Assembly (NCBI GenBank): GCA_014378495.1
Contig: JACMNP010000070.1
Span: 1,297-65,296 of the forward strand
Direction of reading: 5' to 3'
Source: Methylotenera sp.
GTDB taxonomy: Bacteria > Pseudomonadota > Gammaproteobacteria > Burkholderiales > Methylophilaceae
Length of the DNA stretch: 64,000 nt
The notes beneath the pieces are model-generated. The model saw nothing but the letters and a program-made list of their open reading frames with translations. It ran no database searches and had not been told where the DNA came from. A program made the translations under genes and the position numbers. This document shows positions 1 through 11,303 of this stretch, in pieces (position 1 is the stretch's first letter; every line of letters begins with the position of its first letter).

Positions 1-1
1 C

Positions 2-955
2 TTATGGCAAAAAGATCATAGCATCGGCATTAGCTTTCAAGTGTCACCTCAAGACTTAAACGAAACTAAAGTAGTTTCTGGCACCTATTTAATCCCAAGA
101 ATCAATGGTGATTATTTTGCTGCTTATGGTGTTATTTCTAAAAGTGACATTAGTGCAGTGGGTGATGTGAATGTGATTGGTAATGGCTACATTGCAGGTG
201 CTCGGTATATTCATCCTTTACCAGCTTTAGAGAACTTTTATCATAGCGCGACATTTGGTGCGGATTACAAAGATTTTAAAGAGAGTGTCAGGCTTCTAGG
301 GTCCGATGGGTTTAATACACCTATTTCATATAGCGCTTTTACGCTTGGTTACGATGGTACATATCAAGGTGCCACTTCGCAAACTCAACTTAATATCGGG
401 TTAAATTTTGCTTTGCGTGGCCTGAATAATCAGCAAGAATTTGGAAATAAACGTTATTTAGCAGATGCCAATTATGGCTATATCAAAGCAGATATCAAAC
501 ATACACAAACACTCCCTTACGATTGGTCGTTTCAAGCTAGATTAAGCAGTCAATTGGCCAGTGGGCCATTGATCTCTGCCGAACAATTTACTATCGGTGG
601 GGTAGATTCGGTGCGTGGATACTTGGAGTCAGCAGCCTTGGGTGATAACGGGTTATCTGGTTCATTAGAGTTACGAACCCCCCCTTTTAAAAAATATATC
701 AAAGATAATAAATATAGTGACTTCGTAAAAGAATTGTATGCCTATAGTTTTTTGGATGCTGGACGTGTAAGCATTTATGACCCATTACCAAGCCAAGTTA
801 AAAGTAGTGAATTATTTTCCACAGGACTAGGAATTAAATTTAAAAGTACAAAAGGGATATTTAGCAATTTAGATTATGCCCATGTACTGCGCGACGCAGG
901 TGAGGTGAAAAGTGGTGATGATAGGCTGCATTTTAAAGTTGGTTATGAGTGGTAG
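2..955 (+). CDS. TpsB (ShlB/FhaC/HecB family) two-partner secretion outer-membrane transporter, 5' end outside window
   Basis: Frame is open from base 2 (LWQKDHSIGISFQVSPQ...). Has the Omp85/TpsB loop-6 motif EQFTIGGVDSVRGY, amphipathic beta-strands and an aromatic C-terminus (FKVGYEW). Lies directly upstream of a TpsA. Confidence 0.93.
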   Translation, partial: LWQKDHSIGISFQVSPQDLNETKVVSGTYLIPRINGDYFAAYGVISKSDISAVGDVNVIGNGYIAGARYIHPLPALENFYHSATFGADYKDFKESVRLLGSDGFNTPISYSAFTLGYDGTYQGATSQTQLNIGLNFALRGLNNQQEFGNKRYLADANYGYIKADIKHTQTLPYDWSFQARLSSQLASGPLISAEQFTIGGVDSVRGYLESAALGDNGLSGSLELRTPPFKKYIKDNKYSDFVKELYAYSFLDAGRVSIYDPLPSQVKSSELFSTGLGIKFKSTKGIFSNLDYAHVLRDAGEVKSGDDRLHFKVGYEW

Positions 956-1001
956 TTTTTAGGTTTCACATGACTCAACCTAAAACTAATAGGAGCATGA
1001 A

Positions 1002-4000
1002 ATGAATCAAGGCATATACAAATTGGTGTATAGCAAAGTATTAAATATGTATGTACCAGCTTCGGAAGCGGTGCGTAGCCATGGAGCAAAAAGTAGTCGC
1101 CGCGTGCGCAAGCATACTAAAAACTCATTTGTTTTCTCCATAATTGCCAGTTTTATTTATGTGGGTAATGTATCAGCAGACACTGTATTGCCTGCAGGAC
1201 TAAGTATACAAAACATGGCGGGCACTAAGATTATTAGCTCAGATATTAATAATATTAATTTTCTTCAGTCAGGATTAAAGGCAACTGTAGATTGGAACTC
1301 ACTGAACCTTGGAAGGGGGCAGAATTTTAATGTTGAGATGTTGCCTACTGCATCTATGTTGAATCGTATCCATGATATGAGTCCGAGTTTTTTGGGCGGT
1401 AACTTTAATGCGAAGGGTAATCTTTATTTTATTAATACGAACGGCATCATTATTGGGAAAGACGCTCAATTCAATGTTGGCTCTATCTATGCAGGTACGC
1501 TAGAGATTACTGATGAGCTATTTAAGTCCGGTTTTGTCAATGAAAATACTTTTACAAAGGCGTTTGAATTAGTAGGCTCTATAGATCCTAGCATTCAAAC
1601 AAAACATGAAAATGCAAAAGTTGTTGTTGAGGGGGGTGCACAAATCAATACCTCTACTAATGGTAAGGTGCTGCTATTCGCTCCAACGGTTACCGTTGAA
1701 AAAGAAGGTGTTGTAACGGATGTAAATGGCAATGTCGTCAAGGATGCTAAAGGCAACGCACAAATGCGGGAAACTATTATCCATACACCTGATGGCCAAA
1801 CTATTCTAGCGGCAGGTAAAAAGATATATTTGAAAGCCAGTAAAGATCCTGCTGGCTTTTTGGTGGAAGTAGACTCTGGAGGAACGGCTACCAATTTAGG
1901 AAAGATAATTGCTGAGCGTGGCAACATTACTATGATGGGTTTAGCGGTTAATCAGGCCGGTACGCTAAGTGCTACTACTTCAGTGCGCGCAAATGGATCT
2001 ATCAGGCTTATTGCTCAAGATAAAGTAAGCGTGGTCGGCGTTGATGTAACAGGTACACGTAATGGTATTGTTACTTTAACAAAAGGCAGTGTGACAGAAG
2101 TTAACCCAGAGTATGCCAATAAAGAAGAAACCATAGCATCAAAAGCGTTTAGTACTTCAGACATAAAGATTGAAGCTAGTTTAGTAAACATTGATGGAAA
2201 AATCAGTGCTAAAGGCGGCAATGTTACCGTCGCCGCTTTGAACCCAGCGTCTGCTGATTTAAATAGCCAAAACCCCAGCAGAGTTTATTTAGGAAACAAC
2301 GCTGAGATCGATGTCTCAGGGGTTGATGCAGTAGCGCCAATGTCGCGCAATCAGCTTGAAATTCAATTATTTTCAGATCAATTAAAAGATGCACCCATAC
2401 TACGTGATTCGGGCTTATTTAAAGAAGCTGTATATGTAGATGCCCGTAAAGGCACTGATTTATTTGATATTCAGCCATTTTTAGCTTTAAAAGGCGCCAC
2501 TGTAGCTGAAAAAATGACTAAAGCTGGCACTATTGCATTATCTACACCCAATCAATTAATTGTTGATAAAGGCGCTGTATTAAATGTTTCTGGTGGATCA
2601 ACAACATATGAAGCTGGAAATATTAAAGAAACTAATTTGTTCTATAACGGCAAATTAGTACCCATTTCAGAAGCTAAATCTGGGGTTCCTTACGATAAAA
2701 CTGCGGATGTCTATATTGCTAAAGATGCAAAATGGGGTGTTACTCGTAGCTGGGATTTAAGTGGCGGTGGCACTAAAGGCTGGGGTAAAGTCACTACTGG
2801 TGTCACAAATAGTCAGCTAAAAACATCTGTAATAGGTAGTTTAGCTCAATCGTATTTAGAGGGAGATGATGCGGGTACGTTAAATCTGACCGTGCCTGAT
2901 GACAAAATAACTACTCAAAACTTGGTATTGGCAGGGCAACTGCTGGCAAATACTAAGGTTGGCACTGAGCAACTCTTAGCGCAGAAAATCCCCTTGGGAG
3001 GCAAGTTAATCGCCAGTGCTAATCAACTCGTAGTCGCTAAAGCTGCTAAAGAGCTAACATCCGATTTTGTGTTTGAACAGAAGCTTCCAGATGCTGAAAA
3101 TTTTGAATCTGTGATTAGCACCGATTTTTTAGCGCATGGCTTTAATCGAGTAGAGCTCGCTAAAGTAACTAAGTTGACTGTAAGCGATACTATTTCCCTC
3201 CAACCAAAAGGTAGTCTAGTGTTGAGCAGGGATTTTGATGGTAATACAACGCAAATTAATGCGCATATCATTGCGCCTAGTAGCGATATTAACTTAGCCG
3301 CTAGATCGAATACTATCGCAGATGGTGTGAAAATTACCACAGCCGGTTTATTTACTAATGACAGGCCTGGCGTTGCAGGGAGCCTTACTCAGCCACGATC
3401 AGCTAACGGTGGCAATATAACTGCTAATTTATTAACCTTAGGTAAAAATGTCACATTAGATACTTCGGCTGGGGCTTCGGTTAATAATAAAGGGCTACTT
3501 ACAGAGGGTGATGCAGGCAATATAAAATTTACTACGAATTCTAAAGTTGACGATAGCGTGACTTTGCAAGCATATGGCTTTAAGCAAGGGGGGGCGTTAT
3601 CTGTTGCCTATGGTTTAGCTGGACAGGAAAAAACGCTTAACATTGCTGGCAATCCAAATACTAGTGATAAAGATATTGATATTGCTACTGGATTTTTTAA
3701 CAAAGGTGGTTTCTCTAAGTATGAGCTATCGGCCTTTGATGTAAATATTGGCAATAGTGCTGTTGCTCCACAAGAAATTTACGCCACTTCGCAAACATTG
3801 CAGATGAATTCTAGTTTTGCTAACCAAGCTGGTGGGCAGCCAATCTTGCAAGTTGCATCACCAATTGTTCAACCTGAAAGCATTCGCAAGCCAGTATCGT
3901 TGACTTTTACTGCTGATAAATTAGGTGGTGTATTAACTTTAGCTGAAAACACCACCATACGCACCGATAGAGGTGGTAGTGTGAGCTTGGCTGCGGGTAA

Positions 4001-7000
4001 GCAACTCAATGTGTTAGGGAATATTATTACGCCAAGTGGCAACATCAATATTAATATTAACGATAAAAATGGAACACTTGCATATGATCCCACCCAAGCA
4101 ATCTATATTGGGGCTAAAGCCACATTAAGTGCAACAGGTAGTAGCCTAACCTTGCTAGATTCTACACCAGATTTGCTTAAAACACAGGTGTTTAACGCGG
4201 GTAGCATTTCATTAGATGCCCCCAAGGGCGCTGTTGTAGTTAAGGATGGCGCAGTCTTGGATGTATCAGGCACATCTATAGTCAATGACACTAAAACACC
4301 CACCGGTTATGTGCGAGAAACATTACATGGCGATGCCGGCAATATTAAATTAAGTGCTAGTGATGGCTTATTATTAGATGGTACGTTTAAGGGTGTTGCG
4401 ACTGGCACAGGCAGAGCAGGTACGCTGGATATTGGATTTACTAATAATAAGTTAGTGGATGGCTCGCCAATCTTAAGTGGTAGCAGACAGTTTACTATCA
4501 CACAACAAAAGCAATTAATGGCTAAAAACTTTGTTGTAGGTGATTCACTGAAAACTGCCTCAGGAGATGCTTATACTGAAACGAGCACGGATACTATTAA
4601 TGCGCAAATTTCAGCAGAACAAGTTAAACAAGGTGGTTTTGCAAACTTAAAAGTTAAATCATTTGTTGGCGACGCTAGCTCTGGCTTGAAAGACTCAATC
4701 CAACTAACAAATGGCTTAGATTTACAAGTGGCTGGTAATCTAAAACTAGAAACACCATTAATCCAGGTAAAAGATAATAGTGTTACCAACATAACAGCTA
4801 GCCACATTACTTTTAAAAGCCCTAATTCAGAAGTTGATAATGCTAATGTTGTCGCTGGTAGCGGCAAACTAACTACTCACTCTAAGCAGCTTTATATCGA
4901 TGGTTTAGTAGCTGTTGGTGGTGTTAAAGAAACGGCAATCAGTACTACGTTAGATATTAGTGGGCAGGGAACTCAAGTTAATAATGGTAGTTTAGTTGCA
5001 ACGCAGGGTGGCCTCGTTGCAACTGGTGACATTAATTTAACTGCTAGACAAATTTACCCTAATACTGGCGCTAAACTTGGCTTTGAGGCGATTGGTGACG
5101 ACAGTACTATTTCAATTAAATCTAGTGGTGTCGCAAGTAAACCGGTACTTTCTGCGCAAGGCGTATTAAGCATTAAAGCCGCTAATGTCGTGCAAAGTGG
5201 TGTATTAACTGCACCATTTGGCCAAATTATTATTGATGCTATAAAATCCGCCTCATTTACTGCGGGTAGTAGTACTTCAGTATCAGGGAATAATCAAATT
5301 ATTCCATTTGGTATAACCACCACAGGTGGTGAGATTTATAATCCAAATGCTGGCGTGACAACACCATTACTTGAAAAAAATATTTCGATTAAAGCAGGTA
5401 AGGTAGATCTGCAAAAAAATGCCGTACTTGATTTATCAGCAGGCGGCGATATGTTTGCTTATGAATTTGTTCCTGGGATTGGCGGTACTAAAGATATTCT
5501 AGCGCAACCTAATACCTATGCTGTTATTCCAAATTTGGGCAATGATTATGCCGCTTTTGATCAGGGCTATAGTGACAGCTCAACCCAAGTAGGTATTGGC
5601 CAAACTGTATTTTTAACTGGAATTTCTGGGCTAGCAACTGGGAGCTATACTTTGCTTCCAGCTCGATATGCGCTGGCACCAGGTGCTTTTTTAGTTGAAG
5701 CTAACGTGATAGGGGGCAAACTATTGCCCAAACAAGTTGCTCCGCAACTAGATGGTTCTACCTTTACTACAGGCTATCTAGGCGAGCTAGGTACTGGGGC
5801 ACATGATGCTAACTGGTCCACATTCAAAGTCACAGATGGTGCAGTTTTCCGCCCTGCAGCAGGCACAGTTTCAAAAGCACCTTCGCAATATATTTTAACT
5901 AGCGCTACAGAGTTCTTTTCTGACCCCCTTAAAACTAATGGAAAAAAAGTAAGCTTACCTAAAGATGTAGGTAGATTGTCAGTGGATGCTGCAAAACTAG
6001 CCTTGGACAGTATAGTTGTTGGCAATAAAGTTGCAGATGGTAAAGGGCTAAATGTGGATATTAGCTCAAGCAATATTCGCGTGGTCAATAGCCAAGACTT
6101 ATCAGACACCAGCAGTCTACAGCTCACTGCTGCGAGTATCAATGCATTGAATGCAGAAAGCTTGTTACTTGGCGGAAGTCGTAAGTTGCAAGATGGTGTT
6201 GTGAATGTCACCACAGGTGCTGAAACGGTTAGCGTTGAAAATAACAACAATTCAGTAATTAAAACTCCAGAGTTTATTGCCACCGCCACTAAAAACGTAA
6301 CAGTTAAAAAAGATGCGGTTGTTGACACAGGTGTTGCATCAAAAACACCATCTCAAACAATATTTAAAGCAGATGGCGATGGCGCGTTACTTGCACTTTC
6401 ATCAACTAGCGATATTAGCTATAGTCGCACAGGAAGTTCATCAACATCTACTATTGGCGAGCTCAATATAGAGGCTGGAAGCACACTAAAAGCAGGTAAC
6501 TCTGTAGTATTAGATGCGACCAAATCAGCAAGCTTAGTTGGCAATGTCACTTTACAAGATGGCGGCAGCGCAACTTTTGGCGCCAACCGTATTTTGCTTG
6601 GGAACGCTGCACTTGGTACTGTGGGTCTAAATGTGAATGCCGCAGCTTTAGCTGCACTTGGTCAACTTAAAGCATTAACACTTAACAGTTATAACAATAT
6701 AGATACCTTTGGCACAGTTAAATTTGGTAATGATAAGTTAGATTTAACCATGAACGCCGCTGGTATTGTGGGTCACTTGGCAAATGATGAGTCTGTTGCA
6801 CCTATTAATGCCTTAGCTAGTGTCATTACTGCCAATACATTTACCCTCAAAAATACGCAGGGTTCAGTGTTTACAGAACCTACAGATCCATCTGGCCGAG
6901 GCCTAGAGATTAATGCCATAACAGTGAAATTAGACGGTGGTGCAATTGTTAGGGACAGTACAGAAATTACTGGGTATAACAAATTAGCGGTGAATTCAGA

Positions 7001-10000
7001 TGAAATTCGTGTGGCAAATATAGGTGAAGCTCACTTTAACGTTGCGGAAACCAAACTCACTACAGGCAGAATTACTGCAGATGCAGCAGCAAACTATAAA
7101 ATCACTAGTACGGACAAATTGGAAATAGTCCAACCCGTCAATGTTAAAGCCAGTACAGAAAAAGGGTTTGGTGCCACGTTAGATATTTCGGCTAAAGATT
7201 TAACGATAGCCAGTAACATTGATTTGTCGTCAGGTAAGTTAGCCTTAATAGCCACTAATGACCTCAATATTATAAGTGGCGCAACTATTAGTGCAACATC
7301 AACTCCCAACACTTTTTATAACACTACAGAGTATGCCCCCGCTGGTAGCGTTACATTAAATTCTACTACAGGCAACGTAAATGTGAATGCAGGTGCAGTG
7401 ATTGATGTTACTAGCCAAGGTGATGCTGATGCAGGGTTAGTTAAAGTGCTAGCAACATCTGGCACCGCTAATTTTATGGGAGAATTAAAAGGCTCTGCTA
7501 CCGGAACTGGCAAAGGTGGTGTATTGGATGTAGATGTAAATTCACTGGCTGATTTTAATACTACAAATAATCGTGCTGCTGGTTTTGATGAAGGTCGTCA
7601 TTATCGCATCCGTACCGGAGATGTAGCCATAACAGGCACTGGAACAAACGCCCTAAAAGCACGTGAAACTATAGTAAGTGCTGATGCCGGGAAAATTATT
7701 GTGTCGGGTGATATTGTTGCCACTGCACCTAAAAATGGCCGTATAAGTTTGTTTGCTGGCAATGGCGTTACCTTAGAAAATACGGCCAACTTAATGGCCA
7801 AAAGTAGCAATGCAGGTGCAGAAGGTGGCAAAGTTGATATTGAAACAACTACAGGGTCACTCGAGTTTAAAGGGGGTTCACAAGTAAATACTAGCGGGGG
7901 TATAGGTGGGCAAGATGGTGAAGTGTATTTAGGTGCTGCTCGTACGGCCGATAATACTGATATTAATGTAACCAATATGGCTACTACTTTTGTAGGCACA
8001 AAGAAAATAGATATAGGCGGCTTAGATAGTATTGAAGGAGACTCTGTTACCACTGCAAAACAAACTACCGCCATTAATAAAGCTGAAACCTTTATGAAAA
8101 GTGTGACTGCCAATAGTACTAAAGGCTTACAGCGCCTTGGCATTAGTGGTGATTCACGTTTTGCAATTTTGCCTGTTGTGGAATTTAAAAATTCAAATCA
8201 AACTATTGCTAACGGTAATTTAACCATTAGTAATAGTTTTGATTTGCATACTTGGCGCTTTGACCCGGTGACAGGTCAGCGTGTCACAGACACCACATTA
8301 TTAGCCAAAGGCTTAAATGCAGATGGTAAACCACTATTGGCGGGTGTGTTAAATTTAAAAGCAAAAGGTGACATACTAGTTAATAACACCATTAGTGATG
8401 GTTTTAGCAGCGCATCATTAGGAGAGATTAGCCAATCAGCTATTGCTGCAGTTCCAGAAATACCAGCAGTTTTAGATGCGGATGGTAACGAGATTACTGC
8501 ACCTATAGCCGCAGTCACTGCAAAAGTTGCGACTGGTGTAACAGGGTTGAATTCTTGGTCATACCGAATAGTATCAGGGGCAGATTTTTTTGCGGCTAAT
8601 CCACTAGCCAATAATGATGCATCAACTGGCAATATTACGCTTGCAAACAACATGGGAATACGCACAGGTGCTGGCAGTATTGATATTGCTGCTGCTGGTA
8701 ATTTGAATATGGGAGGTGCTGGTTCTGTTATTTACACAGTAGGGCATAACGCAGCGCCATTGATAGGTTTTGATGCGCCTGATCAAGCTATTTATCCACT
8801 GTATCTTACTGATGGTGGTGATATCAATATCAATGTAAAAGGGAATATCGTTGGTAAAGAGCTAACAACATCTAACCGTCAATTAATTAATAACTGGTTA
8901 TTTCGTTCGGCAATAGGCAGTGGCAACAACGATACTTCATGGTGGGTGAGGCCAGATAAATTTCAACAAAGTACCGCAACATTGGGTGGCGGTAATCTAA
9001 ACGTTAATGCAGGTGGCAGTATCCACGATTTCTCAGCTTCTGCGGCCACTACTGCACGTTTTGATACGAATGGTAAAAGTGGAAATCAATCTGTAGACGG
9101 TGGTGGTGATGTTAAGGTGACGGCAGGTGGTGATATTAGTAATGGGATTTACTTTGTCGCTAAGGGTGAAGGTATTATTAAAACAGGTGCTGCTATTAAA
9201 AAAAGTAATAATGCTGCTGGTTCAATAGGCACCATACTTGCACTCCAAGATGGGAGTTTTAATGTCTCAGCAAATAAAGACGTTTTTATTCAGGCCGTCA
9301 TCAATCCAACATTATTCGGTCAAAGTAACAATGCTGGCCAAGTTGTGAATAATACAGATAGTAAGTTAGGGGCATATTTTAATAGCTATTCGGATACGGC
9401 TAGCATTAATGCCAGTAGCTTGACTGGTGATGTTGATTTATTTGGTAAATTTTCTGATATTAAAGCAAAAGACATTAGTAATAATTTAGCTGCTAGCTAT
9501 TTACCAAGTAAGCTTACTGCGGTTTCTTTTAATGGCAACATAAAAGTAGCAAGTGGAGCCACTTTATTACCATCTACAAATGGTAATTTAAAACTACTAG
9601 CAAGCAATAATATAGAAATCGGCAGCATATCAATGTTAGATGCTGATCCTAATGCGCTTCCTAACCTTACAAAACCGACTAAGGACTTAACTTTAATTTC
9701 GACTGCAATAACAAATAAAGCGCATGCGCTAACTTTAATTCATAAAAATGATGTAGAACCAGCATTAGTAGTTGCTGAAAATGGCGACATATTCAAACCA
9801 ATAGGCGATAGTGTGAGCATTATTTCACTGCCTAAGACTGCTAAAATTGTAGCAGGTAAGGATATCAATGACGTAACCTTAGATGTACAAAATAATAATG
9901 CTAGTGACATTGCTTTGATTAAAGCGGGTAACGACGTAAAAGTTAAGGATGTCACGGTGAGTGGGCCTGGTAATTTGCTGCTACAAGCGGGCCGCAATAT

Positions 10001-11213
10001 CGATTTAAGTACAAGTCAAGGCGATATAGCCACGACTGGTAGCTCTGGTTTGACTCGTAGCGATACATTAGTACAAAGTAGCAATACTGCATTACCTACA
10101 GATGGTGCTTCCATAACCCTACAAGCAGGTTTAGGCAAAGGCGCTAATGTGCAAGCTTATATTGAGCAGTATATTCTGCCCACTGGCACAGGACCATTAA
10201 CGCTGGCGGGTGATGCTTCTAAATTGTCTGAATATCGTGCCGCTACAGCATTGGCTGTGACTGATTATGTGCGTAAAACGACAAGCAATGCATTGTTAAG
10301 TGATGCTGAAGCACTCACCATATTTAACGGTTTTAATTTAGAAGCGAAAACCATTTTTGCAAATAGGCATTTGAGTTCTGAATTAATAGCATCCGCCAAA
10401 GGATTTGCTAAAGCAGGCAATCATAATCGTGGCATTACTGCGCTCAATACTTTATTCCCTGATGCAAATCAAGGCGATATATTGTTATACGCGAGTAAAG
10501 TAACAACAAATAGCGGCGGTAGTATTGATATGCTTGCACCAGGCGGTTTAATTAACGTAGGGGCACCAGGCAAAGCATTTAAAGATAACTTTACCAATAC
10601 TGGGGATATTGGGGTAATCACTGAAAAGGGTGGTGAAATTCGCGCTATTGTTGATAAAGACTTTCAAGTTAACCAGTCAAAAGTGATTACCCAGTTCGGT
10701 AGCGACATTTCTATATGGTCAACCAACGGTACCATAGATGCTGGTCGTGGCTCAAAAACTGCAACATCAGTCCCAGAGCGCATTGTATTAACAGATGCAG
10801 ATGGCAATACTACGATAGAAGTAAGAGGAGTGGCAGCTGGTAGTGGTATTCGCGCACAAAGCTATGACCCTGACGGTCCAAATGGTCCTAAAATAGCACC
10901 TAAAAAAGGTAATATTTATCTCACTGCACCTAGAGTCGATGCGGGGGAGGCGGGTATTGAAGCGGGTGATTTGCTTATTGTGGCGCCTATTGTGCTCAAT
11001 GCGGCTAATATTCAAGTGCAAGGCACATCATCTGGAGTTCCAATTGCGGCTGCAACGGGCGTAGTTGGTGCGGGTGCTGGTTTGTCACCAGATTCTGTGA
11101 ATGCCGCAGTAGCGCAGGTTGCACAAAGTGTTGCACAGTCTGCTAATCAACCTTTTGTAAAACCAAGTTTGCCATCGATAATTTCTGTAGATATTATCGG
11201 CATAGGCAATTAG
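1002..11213 (+). CDS. Giant filamentous-haemagglutinin-family TpsA exoprotein (ESPR signal extension, TPS domain, beta-helix repeats, DUF3739-like C-terminus)
   Basis: RBS AGGAG at 991-995. N-terminus MNQGIYKLVYSKVLNMYVPASE matches an ESPR. TPS motifs ATVDWNSLNL and NLYFINTNGI. G/N/S/T-rich beta-helix repeats. C-terminal GDILL...GGSIDMLAPGG...DFQVNQSKVIT...IDAGRGSKT...IISVDIIGIG resembles the DUF3739 subgroup. Confidence 0.93.
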   Translation: MNQGIYKLVYSKVLNMYVPASEAVRSHGAKSSRRVRKHTKNSFVFSIIASFIYVGNVSADTVLPAGLSIQNMAGTKIISSDINNINFLQSGLKATVDWNSLNLGRGQNFNVEMLPTASMLNRIHDMSPSFLGGNFNAKGNLYFINTNGIIIGKDAQFNVGSIYAGTLEITDELFKSGFVNENTFTKAFELVGSIDPSIQTKHENAKVVVEGGAQINTSTNGKVLLFAPTVTVEKEGVVTDVNGNVVKDAKGNAQMRETIIHTPDGQTILAAGKKIYLKASKDPAGFLVEVDSGGTATNLGKIIAERGNITMMGLAVNQAGTLSATTSVRANGSIRLIAQDKVSVVGVDVTGTRNGIVTLTKGSVTEVNPEYANKEETIASKAFSTSDIKIEASLVNIDGKISAKGGNVTVAALNPASADLNSQNPSRVYLGNNAEIDVSGVDAVAPMSRNQLEIQLFSDQLKDAPILRDSGLFKEAVYVDARKGTDLFDIQPFLALKGATVAEKMTKAGTIALSTPNQLIVDKGAVLNVSGGSTTYEAGNIKETNLFYNGKLVPISEAKSGVPYDKTADVYIAKDAKWGVTRSWDLSGGGTKGWGKVTTGVTNSQLKTSVIGSLAQSYLEGDDAGTLNLTVPDDKITTQNLVLAGQLLANTKVGTEQLLAQKIPLGGKLIASANQLVVAKAAKELTSDFVFEQKLPDAENFESVISTDFLAHGFNRVELAKVTKLTVSDTISLQPKGSLVLSRDFDGNTTQINAHIIAPSSDINLAARSNTIADGVKITTAGLFTNDRPGVAGSLTQPRSANGGNITANLLTLGKNVTLDTSAGASVNNKGLLTEGDAGNIKFTTNSKVDDSVTLQAYGFKQGGALSVAYGLAGQEKTLNIAGNPNTSDKDIDIATGFFNKGGFSKYELSAFDVNIGNSAVAPQEIYATSQTLQMNSSFANQAGGQPILQVASPIVQPESIRKPVSLTFTADKLGGVLTLAENTTIRTDRGGSVSLAAGKQLNVLGNIITPSGNINININDKNGTLAYDPTQAIYIGAKATLSATGSSLTLLDSTPDLLKTQVFNAGSISLDAPKGAVVVKDGAVLDVSGTSIVNDTKTPTGYVRETLHGDAGNIKLSASDGLLLDGTFKGVATGTGRAGTLDIGFTNNKLVDGSPILSGSRQFTITQQKQLMAKNFVVGDSLKTASGDAYTETSTDTINAQISAEQVKQGGFANLKVKSFVGDASSGLKDSIQLTNGLDLQVAGNLKLETPLIQVKDNSVTNITASHITFKSPNSEVDNANVVAGSGKLTTHSKQLYIDGLVAVGGVKETAISTTLDISGQGTQVNNGSLVATQGGLVATGDINLTARQIYPNTGAKLGFEAIGDDSTISIKSSGVASKPVLSAQGVLSIKAANVVQSGVLTAPFGQIIIDAIKSASFTAGSSTSVSGNNQIIPFGITTTGGEIYNPNAGVTTPLLEKNISIKAGKVDLQKNAVLDLSAGGDMFAYEFVPGIGGTKDILAQPNTYAVIPNLGNDYAAFDQGYSDSSTQVGIGQTVFLTGISGLATGSYTLLPARYALAPGAFLVEANVIGGKLLPKQVAPQLDGSTFTTGYLGELGTGAHDANWSTFKVTDGAVFRPAAGTVSKAPSQYILTSATEFFSDPLKTNGKKVSLPKDVGRLSVDAAKLALDSIVVGNKVADGKGLNVDISSSNIRVVNSQDLSDTSSLQLTAASINALNAESLLLGGSRKLQDGVVNVTTGAETVSVENNNNSVIKTPEFIATATKNVTVKKDAVVDTGVASKTPSQTIFKADGDGALLALSSTSDISYSRTGSSSTSTIGELNIEAGSTLKAGNSVVLDATKSASLVGNVTLQDGGSATFGANRILLGNAALGTVGLNVNAAALAALGQLKALTLNSYNNIDTFGTVKFGNDKLDLTMNAAGIVGHLANDESVAPINALASVITANTFTLKNTQGSVFTEPTDPSGRGLEINAITVKLDGGAIVRDSTEITGYNKLAVNSDEIRVANIGEAHFNVAETKLTTGRITADAAANYKITSTDKLEIVQPVNVKASTEKGFGATLDISAKDLTIASNIDLSSGKLALIATNDLNIISGATISATSTPNTFYNTTEYAPAGSVTLNSTTGNVNVNAGAVIDVTSQGDADAGLVKVLATSGTANFMGELKGSATGTGKGGVLDVDVNSLADFNTTNNRAAGFDEGRHYRIRTGDVAITGTGTNALKARETIVSADAGKIIVSGDIVATAPKNGRISLFAGNGVTLENTANLMAKSSNAGAEGGKVDIETTTGSLEFKGGSQVNTSGGIGGQDGEVYLGAARTADNTDINVTNMATTFVGTKKIDIGGLDSIEGDSVTTAKQTTAINKAETFMKSVTANSTKGLQRLGISGDSRFAILPVVEFKNSNQTIANGNLTISNSFDLHTWRFDPVTGQRVTDTTLLAKGLNADGKPLLAGVLNLKAKGDILVNNTISDGFSSASLGEISQSAIAAVPEIPAVLDADGNEITAPIAAVTAKVATGVTGLNSWSYRIVSGADFFAANPLANNDASTGNITLANNMGIRTGAGSIDIAAAGNLNMGGAGSVIYTVGHNAAPLIGFDAPDQAIYPLYLTDGGDININVKGNIVGKELTTSNRQLINNWLFRSAIGSGNNDTSWWVRPDKFQQSTATLGGGNLNVNAGGSIHDFSASAATTARFDTNGKSGNQSVDGGGDVKVTAGGDISNGIYFVAKGEGIIKTGAAIKKSNNAAGSIGTILALQDGSFNVSANKDVFIQAVINPTLFGQSNNAGQVVNNTDSKLGAYFNSYSDTASINASSLTGDVDLFGKFSDIKAKDISNNLAASYLPSKLTAVSFNGNIKVASGATLLPSTNGNLKLLASNNIEIGSISMLDADPNALPNLTKPTKDLTLISTAITNKAHALTLIHKNDVEPALVVAENGDIFKPIGDSVSIISLPKTAKIVAGKDINDVTLDVQNNNASDIALIKAGNDVKVKDVTVSGPGNLLLQAGRNIDLSTSQGDIATTGSSGLTRSDTLVQSSNTALPTDGASITLQAGLGKGANVQAYIEQYILPTGTGPLTLAGDASKLSEYRAATALAVTDYVRKTTSNALLSDAEALTIFNGFNLEAKTIFANRHLSSELIASAKGFAKAGNHNRGITALNTLFPDANQGDILLYASKVTTNSGGSIDMLAPGGLINVGAPGKAFKDNFTNTGDIGVITEKGGEIRAIVDKDFQVNQSKVITQFGSDISIWSTNGTIDAGRGSKTATSVPERIVLTDADGNTTIEVRGVAAGSGIRAQSYDPDGPNGPKIAPKKGNIYLTAPRVDAGEAGIEAGDLLIVAPIVLNAANIQVQGTSSGVPIAAATGVVGAGAGLSPDSVNAAVAQVAQSVAQSANQPFVKPSLPSIISVDIIGIGN

Positions 11214-11267
11214 CTTAAATAAACCAATCTATTATTTAACGATATATTAAAAATATTCAATAAACCT

Positions 11268-11302
11268 AACCCCTACGCTAGAGGACTAGCTAGGGGTTTT
11301 TT
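11268..11302 (+). terminator. Probable intrinsic terminator after tpsA
   Basis: Hairpin AACCCCTAcGCTAG-agga-CTAGCTAGGGGTT followed by a T-tract. Confidence 0.65.
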
Positions 11303-11303
11303 C

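Noticed and set aside
8436-8530. Internal IAAVPEIP in TpsA resembling the start of a PEP-CTERM motif (IAAVPEP)
   Set aside because: It is mid-protein and not followed by a TM helix and basic tail; it looks like a hairpin-loop insertion (PAVLDADGNEITAP).
1595-11021. Many antisense ORFs of 60-184 aa inside tpsA (and similar ones inside other genes)
   Set aside because: Shadow ORFs produced by codon bias of the sense gene; no recognisable motifs.
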